A stretch of 64,000 nucleotides of DNA, from assembly GCA_001777575.1 (NCBI GenBank), contig MFEL01000018.1, positions 72,264-136,263 on the forward strand, written 5' to 3'. The number at the start of each line of letters is the position of its first letter. Position 1 is the first letter of the stretch. The notes under the pieces are model-generated. The model was not told the DNA's origin. It saw only the letters and a list, made by a program, of their open reading frames with translations, and did not search any database. Positions 9,181-20,600 of this stretch are shown in pieces. The DNA comes from Candidatus Doudnabacteria bacterium RIFCSPHIGHO2_01_FULL_46_24. GTDB taxonomy: Bacteria; Patescibacteriota; Doudnabacteria; UBA920; O2-02-FULL-48-8. Made by a program: the position numbers and the translations under genes.

Positions 9181-10327
9181 TCCAAAAAATTTAGGAATCA
9201 ACCCCGAAGAAATGCTGACGGATGAAATTCGGGAGAGTTCGCTGGTGTCAACCCGCCCGTCGCAAACCGGAGAATTGGTCTCGGAAGAAAAAGCTATAAG
9301 TTACCAGGAGAGGAGAGAGCTGAAATTTCAGGAAAAAATAGCGATTTCGCTGGAAAAACTTGCCGGGTATGAGGATTCCCAGTTGCTGGCCGTCTATCCG
9401 GAGTACGCTTTTAACGGTCAAACCACGGAATCCGGCGGGCCTTTGGAGGTTTTAACTGTTGCTGAAATCAGGGAAAAAATAATCCAGATGAGAGACCCGC
9501 AAAAAAATTTTTCCGGCGCCAGACCCGGCATTGGAGCGGGACCGGAACAGATTATTATTGTCTATGATGACTTGCCGCCTTTGACTCAAACAGAGGATGC
9601 AAAAGCCCGCTGGCGCGATTTTTATTCGCGGACCAGGGAGGGTAAAGAACTATTTACCCCTGAAGGAGATCGGAGATATATCGAACGGCTTAAGTTTGAG
9701 GCTCTGAACGAATTGCGCGGCCTGCGCGACGACCGGAGGATAGCGATCCGGAGTATATACGATGAAGAACTGCACATTATTGCCGTGGGCGAGCTTCGCG
9801 AACTTGTTTTGGACATGGAGAACCCAGAAAACAAACTGACTCACGGCCAGGCGTTTGATTTTTGGATTGAAGAGTATTATGAACCGGAACAATATGTACA
9901 GCGAGAGAGGGCTGATCTGGCCTTGCGAGACATCCGGCAGCGTGAACACTTGCTGGCGGAGTTGGCCGAATATAGTGACGACAAGCTGTTAACCTGGGTT
10001 TATCCAAATGAATCTCGTAATTTTTCAACTGGTCAACACGTGATTATGCAAGACTTGGCAGGCGATTTAAGGAAGAGGATAAATCAGGCTGATCATGACG
10101 AATTAGATTGGTTCAGCCACGCCGGAGGAATTAGAGTGATTGCCGTGGGTGAGGTTGACCTGGGTTTAATCGAGCAAAAAATCAGGCAAGCCGAGCAAAA
10201 TTTCCAGGTATTGCTGCAGCAAGTCATCAGGGAAGCTAATCAACGCCAAGTTAAACCCAGAAAAGACAGCGGGATAATTGACATAATCCCGGTTGACCGC
10301 AAATCCTTGCCAGGGGATGAAACATGA
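9164..10327 (+). CDS. hypothetical acidic protein
   Basis: 387-aa ORF sharing an ATGA overlap with the next ORF. Confidence 0.45.
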   Translation: MSQDIDPKNLGINPEEMLTDEIRESSLVSTRPSQTGELVSEEKAISYQERRELKFQEKIAISLEKLAGYEDSQLLAVYPEYAFNGQTTESGGPLEVLTVAEIREKIIQMRDPQKNFSGARPGIGAGPEQIIIVYDDLPPLTQTEDAKARWRDFYSRTREGKELFTPEGDRRYIERLKFEALNELRGLRDDRRIAIRSIYDEELHIIAVGELRELVLDMENPENKLTHGQAFDFWIEEYYEPEQYVQRERADLALRDIRQREHLLAELAEYSDDKLLTWVYPNESRNFSTGQHVIMQDLAGDLRKRINQADHDELDWFSHAGGIRVIAVGEVDLGLIEQKIRQAEQNFQVLLQQVIREANQRQVKPRKDSGIIDIIPVDRKSLPGDET

Positions 10328-11196
10328 AATATCTTTGTGGTATTTGCGGCAGTGTAAGCCACCCTACCGAGGAACATATAAGCCTGATTGAGGAAGAAGC
10401 ACAGGCCAAACGAAAAGCCCCGCTGTCACACGCCCTGGATGTACTTGCCCGTTTGGATACGTCTCCTTCAACCCAGGAGACGATAGATTTCGTAAACCAG
10501 CCAGTGGAGGAATGGCTGAAGCAGACGAAAAACGCCTGGTTAAAAAAGACGATTTTGGCCGAAAGGAAGAAACACGAGTCACGGCGATTAGATACTTTAT
10601 ATTCTGAAGCTATATTGAAGTCAATGTACGGCAGATTGCATGATGCCGCAGAATCAAGGCCGAGAGGCATGACACACAAAGAATTTACAGCTTATCTCGT
10701 CAAAAAAATGAGAGAGTTAGAGCTTTTTCGCGGTTTCCATAGAATCTGGGCTAAAAATCTTAGCCGTTCAGAAATAGAAACCATATATTTCTATGCGCTT
10801 AAAGATGCCGAGGATTTGTTGAAAATGCTGGAAGTCGGGCCGGGGCCTAGCCGGGACGCTGCTAGCATAATAAGGCTGCTTCACCGGCGGGACGATTTGG
10901 ACGGCGTACAAATGATTTTACTTGATTGGGAGCAGGTCAACGATACAAATTTAGACGAATCTCACGCCAATAATAATTTATCAGCATTGATAAAAAAGAT
11001 AGATGAAGCTGGAGATAAAATAATGAGAGATTTGTCCGGCACCACAATGTCTTTCGCTGACGAAAGACTGGAGAGGATCGTGCGGCTTGATGCCTGGCAA
11101 GCGGAAGACAATGATTGGTGGCTGAGGCCGGCAAGTAAGAAAATAGACGAGGAAAATGAGCGGTTCTTGAAAGAATTTAATGATGAAACTCCCTAA
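10324..11196 (+). CDS. hypothetical protein
   Basis: 290-aa ORF, translationally coupled to the previous ORF. Confidence 0.45.
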   Translation: MKYLCGICGSVSHPTEEHISLIEEEAQAKRKAPLSHALDVLARLDTSPSTQETIDFVNQPVEEWLKQTKNAWLKKTILAERKKHESRRLDTLYSEAILKSMYGRLHDAAESRPRGMTHKEFTAYLVKKMRELELFRGFHRIWAKNLSRSEIETIYFYALKDAEDLLKMLEVGPGPSRDAASIIRLLHRRDDLDGVQMILLDWEQVNDTNLDESHANNNLSALIKKIDEAGDKIMRDLSGTTMSFADERLERIVRLDAWQAEDNDWWLRPASKKIDEENERFLKEFNDETP

Positions 11197-11232
11197 TTAT
11201 AAGACAGTAACCTGGCAGCTGCTGCCGAACTC

Positions 11233-11261
11233 TTGAAAATCTTGACTTTTTTTTGTATACT
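11233..11261 (+). promoter_or_regulatory. promoter for tRNA-Glu: TTGAAA, 17-bp spacer, TATACT
   Basis: -35 at 11233-11238 and -10 at 11256-11261. The tRNA starts about 15 nt downstream. Confidence 0.5.
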
Positions 11262-11276
11262 ATCTGGGCTTATCAG

Positions 11277-11351
11277 GGCCTCATCGTCTAATGGTCAGGA
11301 CACCACGCTTTCAATGTGGTAATCCGGGTTCGATTCCCGGTGGGGCTGCCA
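11277..11351 (+). tRNA. tRNA-Glu (anticodon UUC)
   Basis: The cloverleaf was folded by hand. Acceptor stem GGCCUCA pairs with UGGGGCU, with two G-U pairs. D-arm is CGUCUAAUGGUCAGGACA. Anticodon stem CCACG/UGUGG with loop CUUUCAA gives anticodon UUC. T-arm is CCGGG-UUCGAUU-CCCGG. Discriminator G and an encoded CCA follow. The architecture parallels E. coli tRNA-Glu. Confidence 0.8.
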
Positions 11352-11399
11352 CAAATCTAATTCTCGTATAATAAAATCAAACTAAGTAAACATGAGCAC

Positions 11400-12146
11400 A
11401 TGGAATCCGAAGAATCAAGGCAAAAAGAATGGGAGATCAGGACAGCCGAGCTGAAACCAATCGTGGACAGGACGAGAGACTTAGAAACTCTAGGAATCGA
11501 CGCTGTTTCGGAATATCAGGTCATGATTGCTGAATTTGGCAATGCGCTTCTGGCCAAATACCCCGATGCCCCTAAGTTTATGCTTTGGCATATTCTCGCA
11601 GGCAGCAGTCCTGACCCAAATAGCCCAACCTCTGACTTTGACACGCCAGAAGGATCAATAGAAAAATTTATTCGCAACAAACTTGGCGGACAGCAAGGCT
11701 TCATCATTGGCAAACTACTGAGTCTAATTGGATTGGCGCTGATACTTATGGTTCTTTTGTTTCTCTCGCGATTCGCGCAAGAAGGAGAAAACTTTTATCC
11801 CATGCGCGTTTTGGGCGAACAAATCGAATACTCGCTCATTCCGACTGAGAGTGGGAAGATCAATTACAAAATCGAACAGCTGGATGACAGCGCTTTCTCT
11901 TCGCGGAAATCCGCAGCACTTGACGATTTTGACAAAGTCAGACGAAACTCCGAAAAGTTCGTGGAAGAACGCCAAGAACTTCAAAAACGAGCCGAGAGCG
12001 TCCCCGATGAAAAAACCAAACAGGAACTCCAGGCCGGCCTTAATGCCGCGGTGGAAAACCAAATCTGCGCGTTAAACGATGCAATTGCCAAGGCTCCTGA
12101 GGAAGAACGGCAAAAGCTTCTGGAAATCCTGGCAAAATCGCAGTAA
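11400..12146 (+). CDS. hypothetical protein with one transmembrane helix
   Basis: 248-aa ORF with a hydrophobic segment (FIIGKLLSLIGLALILMVLLFL). Confidence 0.45.
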   Translation: MESEESRQKEWEIRTAELKPIVDRTRDLETLGIDAVSEYQVMIAEFGNALLAKYPDAPKFMLWHILAGSSPDPNSPTSDFDTPEGSIEKFIRNKLGGQQGFIIGKLLSLIGLALILMVLLFLSRFAQEGENFYPMRVLGEQIEYSLIPTESGKINYKIEQLDDSAFSSRKSAALDDFDKVRRNSEKFVEERQELQKRAESVPDEKTKQELQAGLNAAVENQICALNDAIAKAPEEERQKLLEILAKSQ

Positions 12147-12159
12147 ATGCGAAATTCCT

Positions 12160-12192
12160 AAAAGCCCGGCCATAATTGGACGGGCTTTTAGC
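12160..12192 (+). terminator. rho-independent terminator (agcccg...cgggct stem followed by TTTTAG)
   Basis: Hairpin immediately after the stop at 12146. Confidence 0.55.
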
Positions 12193-12290
12193 AAAAGTGT
12201 GATTCTGCCATTTTGTTTCGAACGTTATTTTTGTTGTTTTTGCAGGCTTAACCGCCTGTGAGTTTACGTTAGAATCAGCAGAATTCACAC

Positions 12291-12319
12291 TTGCGCGGCA
12301 ACTGATTCATCCGTATAAT
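12291..12319 (+). promoter_or_regulatory. promoter TTGCGC, 17-bp spacer, TATAAT upstream of the leader uORF of the PEBP gene
   Basis: -35 at 12291-12296 and -10 at 12314-12319. A second TATAAT lies at 12347-12352. Confidence 0.45.
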
Positions 12320-12362
12320 CCTTTCATATTAACTCTAGCCCTTCCATATAATTTGTCAAGCA

Positions 12363-12489
12363 ATGAATCCCGTTAGAAATTGGTTGCGCTTAATCGGTAA
12401 TAGGGCGCAATGATAATAATTTTAGTTAAGTCTAGATAGAGCATATTGCATATATTAAAGCCGGAGGTTAATCTATTTCTAACAGGATG
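12363..12489 (+). promoter_or_regulatory. leader module copy 1: uORF start ATGAATCCCGTTAGAAAT (MNPVRN...) plus its inverted complement ATTTCTAACAGGATG overlapping the main start codon
   Basis: The 5-prime arm is at 12363-12380 and the 3-prime arm at 12475-12489. The uORF 12363..12413 encodes 16 aa. The motif AATTTGTCAAG precedes it. A near-identical module lies at 46820-46946. Confidence 0.5.
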
Positions 12490-12945
12490 AAAATCACAAG
12501 CCCCGCGTTTGAGCACGGCGATATTATCCCCCAAACTTACACTTGCGACGGAATGGACATCAGCCCCCCGCTGTTGTTTATTGACGTCCCGAAAGAAGCC
12601 CAAAGCCTGGCCTTGATTATGGAAGACCCGGACGTGCCCAAGACCATCCGGCCGGACGGCTTGTGGGTGCATTGGCTGGTCTGGGACATGCCGTCGGACG
12701 TCGCGGAAATTCCGGAAGGAGTAGAAGCGCCAGGGGTGATTGGGCAGAATACTTCAGGCGAAGCGCGCTACCATGGCCCTTGTCCGCCCCAGGCCGAGCA
12801 TCGCTATTTCTTCAAGTTGTTCGCGCTGGATATAAATTTAACCGAAGCCCGCATCGCCAGCCGCGAGGATTTTTTCGCCGCCATGGCAGGACATATCTTG
12901 GCTGAAACGGAACTGATGGGCAAATACAACCGACAAAAAACATGA
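12487..12945 (+). CDS. YbhB/YbcL family protein (PEBP / Raf-kinase-inhibitor-like)
   Basis: 152-aa ORF with MEDPD(V)P...GLWVHWLVWDMP...YHGPCPP...HRYFFKLFALD, matching the bacterial PEBP family signature. Confidence 0.8.
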   Translation: MKITSPAFEHGDIIPQTYTCDGMDISPPLLFIDVPKEAQSLALIMEDPDVPKTIRPDGLWVHWLVWDMPSDVAEIPEGVEAPGVIGQNTSGEARYHGPCPPQAEHRYFFKLFALDINLTEARIASREDFFAAMAGHILAETELMGKYNRQKT

Positions 12946-13664
12946 AACCGAAATATTTTTTAGTCGTTGTTGCCTTTATCACAGCAGGCTTGTTGGCGAC
13001 TATAAACCAGGAGCCTCCTGCGCAAAACCTACCCGACGCAATCAGTTATGAGCAAACTGCTCAACCGGTAGCCACAGGAATCCAAATTGAGCAACTGCCG
13101 GATGAGGTCAACCTGGCAGTGCCGTTTACCAGCCAGGCGCCTCATAAAATTTGGGATGAAGAGCATAATGAATTCTGCGAAGAGGCTTCAGTGCTCATGG
13201 CCGCCCACTACATTCAAGGACTGCTCATTGCCAATGCTGACTACGCAGAGGAGCAGCTGCAAAAAATCAAGAACTGGGAAATCATAACGCTTGGATTTCA
13301 CAAAGACACGACCGCGCAAGAAACTTCCAGAATATTGACCGAATATTTTGACATCGAAAATGTCAAACTGCTCCGAGACCCAGATTTGGATCAAATCAGG
13401 AAATTCTTGGCCGAGGGTAAACTGATCGTCACACCGGCCGCTGGCCGCCTGCTCGGCAATCCCAATTTTCACAGTCCAGGACCCTTGTACCACATGCTGG
13501 TCATCAAAGGCTATACCCAAGACGGCAAGTTGATCACCAATGACCCAGGTACCCGCAAAGGAGCTGACTATATTTACGACCCGGAAGTCATCATGAACGC
13601 CATGCATGATTGGAATGACGGCGACGTATACAATGGACAAAAAATCGTGATTATTATTGGGTAA
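12942..13664 (+). CDS. C39-like (papain-fold) peptidase family protein, secreted or membrane-anchored
   Basis: N-terminal hydrophobic anchor, a Cys in the FCEEASVLMA context, and a His in the YHMLVIKGY context. ATGA overlap with the PEBP gene. Confidence 0.45.
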   Translation: MKPKYFLVVVAFITAGLLATINQEPPAQNLPDAISYEQTAQPVATGIQIEQLPDEVNLAVPFTSQAPHKIWDEEHNEFCEEASVLMAAHYIQGLLIANADYAEEQLQKIKNWEIITLGFHKDTTAQETSRILTEYFDIENVKLLRDPDLDQIRKFLAEGKLIVTPAAGRLLGNPNFHSPGPLYHMLVIKGYTQDGKLITNDPGTRKGADYIYDPEVIMNAMHDWNDGDVYNGQKIVIIIG

Positions 13665-13669
13665 CAAAC

Positions 13670-14689
13670 ATGAGAATCCTAGCGATCGAAACCAGTTGTG
13701 ATGAAACCGCCGCTGCGGTCATTGAAAACGGCAGGGTCAAATCCAATATCATCGCTTCCCAAGCCAAGCTCCACGGCAAGTATGGCGGCGTGGTGCCGGA
13801 GGTGGCTGCTCGCGAGCATGTGCCCGCCATAATCCCCACGATCAAGCTGGCTTTGAAAGATGCCAAACTCAGCTTAAAACAAATTGATGCAATTGCGGTT
13901 ACGCAGGGACCGGGACTTATGACGTCGCTCATGGTCGGAGTGGATACTGCCAGGGCTTTGGGGGTGGCTTTGGGCAAACCTGTGATTCCGGTCAATCATT
14001 TGGAAGGGCATATCTACGCGAACTTCACGTATCACGTATCACGTAACACATATCATATCTTTCCCGCGCTCATCCTCATCGTCTCTGGAGGACACACGCT
14101 TCTTGTCCTCATGAAAAATCACGGCAAGCTAAAAATCGTCGGCGAAACCGTGGATGACGCGGCGGGCGAGGCCTTTGACAAAACCGCCAAGCTTCTGGGC
14201 CTCGGTTATCCTGGAGGTCCGGCGCTTGCCAAGCTGGCAAAACAGGGCAACCCTCAAGCTTTTAATTTTCCCCGCCCCATGATCAATTCCAAAAATCTAG
14301 ATTTCAGTTTCTCTGGCCTTAAAACCGCCGTGCTTTATAAAATCACGAAACATGTACCACGCAACATGTATCATAAAACTAATCTTGCCGCCTCTATCCA
14401 GCAAGCCATTATAGACGTCCTGATTGCCAAAACCGAACAGGCTATCAAAAAATACCGCCCGAAAACCATCATGCTCGGCGGCGGCGTGGCGGCAAATAAT
14501 CTTTTGCGCCAGCGCTATCAACTATTATCTATCAACTACCAACTAAACGTAACCATCCCGGCTTTGGAATACTGCACCGACAACGCCGCCATGATCGGCT
14601 TGGTTGCTTACTATAAGATCAAAGGTCAAAGATCAAAGGTCAAAAAATACGGACCATTCTCCGCAGACCCGCACCTTATGTTAAAATAA
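13670..14689 (+). CDS. tsaD: tRNA N6-adenosine threonylcarbamoyltransferase TsaD (Kae1/Gcp)
   Basis: MRILAIETSCDETAAAV... HLEGHIYA... SGGHT... EYCTDNAAMIG motifs. Confidence 0.9.
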   Translation: MRILAIETSCDETAAAVIENGRVKSNIIASQAKLHGKYGGVVPEVAAREHVPAIIPTIKLALKDAKLSLKQIDAIAVTQGPGLMTSLMVGVDTARALGVALGKPVIPVNHLEGHIYANFTYHVSRNTYHIFPALILIVSGGHTLLVLMKNHGKLKIVGETVDDAAGEAFDKTAKLLGLGYPGGPALAKLAKQGNPQAFNFPRPMINSKNLDFSFSGLKTAVLYKITKHVPRNMYHKTNLAASIQQAIIDVLIAKTEQAIKKYRPKTIMLGGGVAANNLLRQRYQLLSINYQLNVTIPALEYCTDNAAMIGLVAYYKIKGQRSKVKKYGPFSADPHLMLK

Positions 14690-14693
14690 AATC

Positions 14694-16865
<2,172 letters not shown>

Positions 16866-16887
16866 AGAGCTAACCCTAGGCCGGTTC

Positions 16888-16926
16888 AACGCCTCACATG
16901 GTATGTGAGGCGTTAACTTTTTTATC
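16888..16926 (+). terminator. rho-independent terminator after valS (aacgcctcacat / atgtgaggcgtt stem followed by a T-run)
   Basis: 12-bp stem with a 3-nt loop, followed by TTTTTT. Confidence 0.7.
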
Positions 16927-16937
16927 AAGGCTAAACA

Positions 16938-16980
16938 ACATTCTACCTTTTTGCCCGTACGGGCAAAAAGGTAGAATGTC
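16938..16980. terminator. long perfect hairpin (18-bp stem, cattctacctttttgccc-gta-gggcaaaaaggtagaatg), a candidate terminator for the convergent minus-strand gene
   Basis: Perfect inverted repeat with internal A and T tracts. It lies downstream (minus sense) of the stop at 17112. Confidence 0.5.
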
Positions 16981-17111
16981 AAATATGGTCGACTCTGGCG
17001 GAAAGGGTGGTGATAAATTGGCTGATGCCTAATTCGTTCGCCATTCCGGATCCCGCCGACGCCAAAGCTTTGGCGGGCAGGCAAGTCCGGGGTGATTTTG
17101 CCAAGGCAAAA

Positions 17112-17594
17112 TCATCTAAATTTAACCGGGATGGCGAACGAGGCATCATGCTCCGGCAATCCGGAGGGGTTGTCTTTTTCGATGATGAGGCGACCAAATT
17201 CGGTTTCCGGCTGGGTAAATTCCAAGACATCCTCAAAAGGCACGTACTCTTCAGTCATCCAGCCTGCCCCGTACCCAGACGAAGTCTGTGGTTCGGGGTC
17301 TCCCTTTGCCTGGAAACCCTTCTGGGCTAAGATTTTTCCATCCTGGTCTTCCAAGCGCGCCGGCAAATTGGCTTCAAAATACCAAGTGCCCCGCGCCTTG
17401 CCCGAAACCTGCATGGGGCTAGTCACCAGCTGGCCCCAAGTCGGAGTGTCAATAATCACTTCCGGGTTTTCCTGCCCCTCTGGAGTGACTTCCGGCTCCT
17501 GCTTACTGGGGGCAAAATACAGCACAGCTAGGGCCAACGCGACCAATAAGAACACTTTGACGATATTTCTCATGGCACCATTATAACCCTGCAA
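17112..17594 (-). CDS. Gmad2 immunoglobulin-like domain protein (GerM-related), membrane-anchored
   Basis: N-terminal transmembrane anchor, then V.SP..V.G.ARG.WYFEA...L.D.DG..L...PFEDVLEF...G.L.....NPSG, the pattern typical of Gmad2 domains. Confidence 0.5.
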   Translation of the reverse strand: MQGYNGAMRNIVKVFLLVALALAVLYFAPSKQEPEVTPEGQENPEVIIDTPTWGQLVTSPMQVSGKARGTWYFEANLPARLEDQDGKILAQKGFQAKGDPEPQTSSGYGAGWMTEEYVPFEDVLEFTQPETEFGRLIIEKDNPSGLPEHDASFAIPVKFR

Positions 17595-17597
17595 AAA

Positions 17598-17632
17598 AAT
17601 AAAGCAACCCGAGTATTTCCCCGGGTTGTTAC
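17598..17632 (-). terminator. rho-independent terminator after rpoC (caacccg...cgggttg stem followed by a T-run on the minus strand)
   Basis: 7-bp stem with a 10-nt loop, followed on the minus strand by CTTTATTTTTTT. Confidence 0.6.
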
Positions 17633-17654
17633 ATGATACGTGTTACGACGTGGC

Positions 17655-20600
17655 CTACGCGTTATCCGCAGCTTCTGCCGCCTCTTTTTCGCCCAAAGCC
17701 TCCGGCCGATAGCCTGTGCCGGCTGGGATCAGCTTGCCGATGATGACGTTTTCTTTCAAGCCCCGTAAGTAATCGGTCTTGGCCGTGATGGCCGCTTCAA
17801 TCAAAACGCGGGTGGTTTCCTGGAACGACGCGGCGGCCAGAAACGATTCAGTATTTAGCGATGACTTGGTGATGCCCATCAGCAGCTGCTCTATCTGCGC
17901 TCCCTTACTCTTGCCGACTTTTTGGTTAGCCAAAGCCAGCCTGGATTTATCAATAATGTCCCCGATAGTCAATTCGGTACTGCCCGCATCAGCTACCCGG
18001 ACCTTGGAAAACATCTGTCTGACAATAATTTCAATATGTTTTTCATTGACATTCTGCCCCTGCGACGCGTAAATTTGTTGGACTTCTTTAATAATGTAAT
18101 CTTGGCAGGCTTCAATGCCTTTGAGGTGAAACAACTGGTGCAGGTTGAGGTTGCCTTCGGAAAGCGGCTGGCCTTGGGCCACCAGATCCCCTTCCTTCAC
18201 AATCAAGCCTAGGCCGGTTGGGACAGTGTACTCCTTAAAGCTTTCTGATTCGCGCACCACAGTCAGTTTGCCCTCAGACAACTTAACCACGCCCGATGCC
18301 GTGGCTTTTTCCATGCTCCCGGAGGCGCTGGTAAACAACGGATCGCCTTCCGACACGCTCTCTCCATCCTTGAGCTGCAGCTTGCTGTGGGCAGGGAGCG
18401 GATATTCGTCTTTGGCCACTTCTTTAGCATCGATCTTGATAACCGATTCTTTGCTCGAGGATTTGACCGACGAGACGAATCCATCAATTTCTGAAATGGC
18501 GGCTTGCCCTTTGGGCTCGCGCGCTTCCAATAACTCTTCCACGCGTGGCAAGCCCTGGGTGATGTCCAAGCCGGCCACGCCGCCGGTATGGAATGTTCTC
18601 ATGGTCAGCTGGGTGCCCGGCTCGCCAATGGCTTGGGCCGCCACAATGCCTACGGCCGCGCCCAAAGACACGGGCTTGTTGAACCCCAGGTCAAAGCCAT
18701 AGCATTTGCCGCACACGCCGCGAGTGAGGTGGCAGCGCAGCACCGTGCGCACTTCCACTTCCGAAGCGGAAGATTTATCAATCATTTCCGCGGTCTTGTC
18801 ATCAATGAAGCCACCAGCTTCCAAAAGCACTTTGCCGGAGGCGTCCAGAACATCTGAGGCTGCCACGCGGCCAAAAATCCGGCGATGCAACGGCCGGCCA
18901 AGGGCTTCGGACTGGGCACGCGTGATTATCCGGCCCTCTTTCGTCCCGCAATCTTCACCGTTAACCACAATATCCTGCGCCACATCCACCAAACGACGGG
19001 TAAGATAACCTGCGTCAGCGGTGCGGAGCGCCGTATCAGTCATCCCTTTTCTTGAACCATGAGTGGAAATGAAATATTCCAAAATATTCAAACCTTCCTT
19101 AAACGAATCTCGGGCCGGCAGCTCGATAACCTCGCCCGCCGGGTTAGTCACCAAGCCCTTCATGCCGGCCATCTGGGCAATCTGCGAAACCGATCCTCTA
19201 GCCCCGGAATTGACCATGGAATATACCGAACCGAATTCATCCAGCGTGCTGGTAATCGCTTCCGTCACCCTATCCCGCACCTCGGCCCAGATTTCTATGA
19301 CGCGGTTGTAGCGCTCCGAAGCGGTCAGCAAGCCTTGCTGGTACTGCTCGAAGGTTTTGAGCACTTCTTCGTCGGCTTTCCTAAGCAGCTCGGCTTTGAT
19401 TTGCGGCACGCGCAAATCATCCATGCCCCAGGAAATTCCAGATTTGGTGACATAATGGAAACCCAAACGCTTGATATCGTCCAAAAGCTCGCTGGTCCGC
19501 TCAATCCCATAGTCCCGGTAGCAGACTGCCACTGCCTGCTGCAGCCGTTTCTTATCCATGACATCGTTTAGGAAGCGCATGCTTTGCGGCAGAACTTCGT
19601 TAAACATCACTCTCCCGACACAAGTCTCAATTATGCCCTTGGCTCCCCATTGGCCGCCAAGCCTGATTTTAACTTTGGCCTTGAGACTGATGACATCCGA
19701 TCGGTAGGCCAGAATTGCTTCTTCGGCCGAGGCGAAAATTTTGCCTTCGCCCCGCTCGCCGGGCCTGATCTTCGTCAGCCAGTAACAGCCCAAGACCATA
19801 TCCTGGTTTGGTCCCATGATCGGCTCGCCCGAAGCTGGCTTCAACAAATTCTTAGACGAAAGCATGATATTGCGCGCTTCATCCTGGGCCGCGGTAGTCA
19901 AGGAAACGTGCACGGCCATCTGATCGCCGTCGAAATCCGCGTTAAATGCCGGACAAACCAAGGGGTGGATTTGGATGGCTTTGCCCTCAATCAAAACCGG
20001 CAGAAAGGCCTGGAAGCCCAGGCGGTGCAGAGTCGGCGCGCGGTTAAGCAAGACATAGTGGTCTTTGGTCACCTCTTCCAAGATGTCATAAACCTCGGTC
20101 CGGCCCTGTTCGATCAGGCGGTTGGCCGAACGGACATTGTGGGCATATTCGCGTTGGATGAGTTTGGAAATCACGAACGGTTTGAACAGTTCCAAAGCCA
20201 TTTTCTTGGGCAGTCCACACTGGTGCAGTTTAAGGCTGGGGCCGCCGACGATGACGCTGCGGCCGGAATAATCCACGCGCTTGCCCAAAAGATTCTGGCG
20301 AAAACGCCCCTGTTTGCCCTTGAGCATGTCGGCTAACGAGCGGAGTTTGCGTTTCTGGCCGGTCGAGGCCGTGACTTCTTTGCCGTGGCGGATGGAGTTG
20401 TCAATCAGCGCGTCCACCGCTTCCTGCAGCATGCGCTTTTCGTTGCGGGTAATAACTTCAGGTGCGCCGATTTCCAAAAGTTTTTTGAGGCGGTTGTTGC
20501 GGTTAATGACGCGGCGGTACAAGTCGTTTAGGTCAGAGGCAGCGAACCGGCCGCCGTCGAGCTGAACCATCGGCCGCAAATCCGGCGGAATCACCGGCAG

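Noticed and set aside
12363-12413. Conserved leader peptide (MNPVRN...) as the functional unit
   Set aside because: The two uORF peptides diverge completely after residue 6, and the uORFs stop at different places. Conservation is at the nucleotide level, in the arms.
12363-12489. Leader module as a miniature inverted-repeat transposable element (MITE)
   Set aside because: The two copies share only the 14-18-nt terminal arms and a short promoter-proximal motif. The interior 95 nt or so are unrelated, and no target-site duplication is visible.
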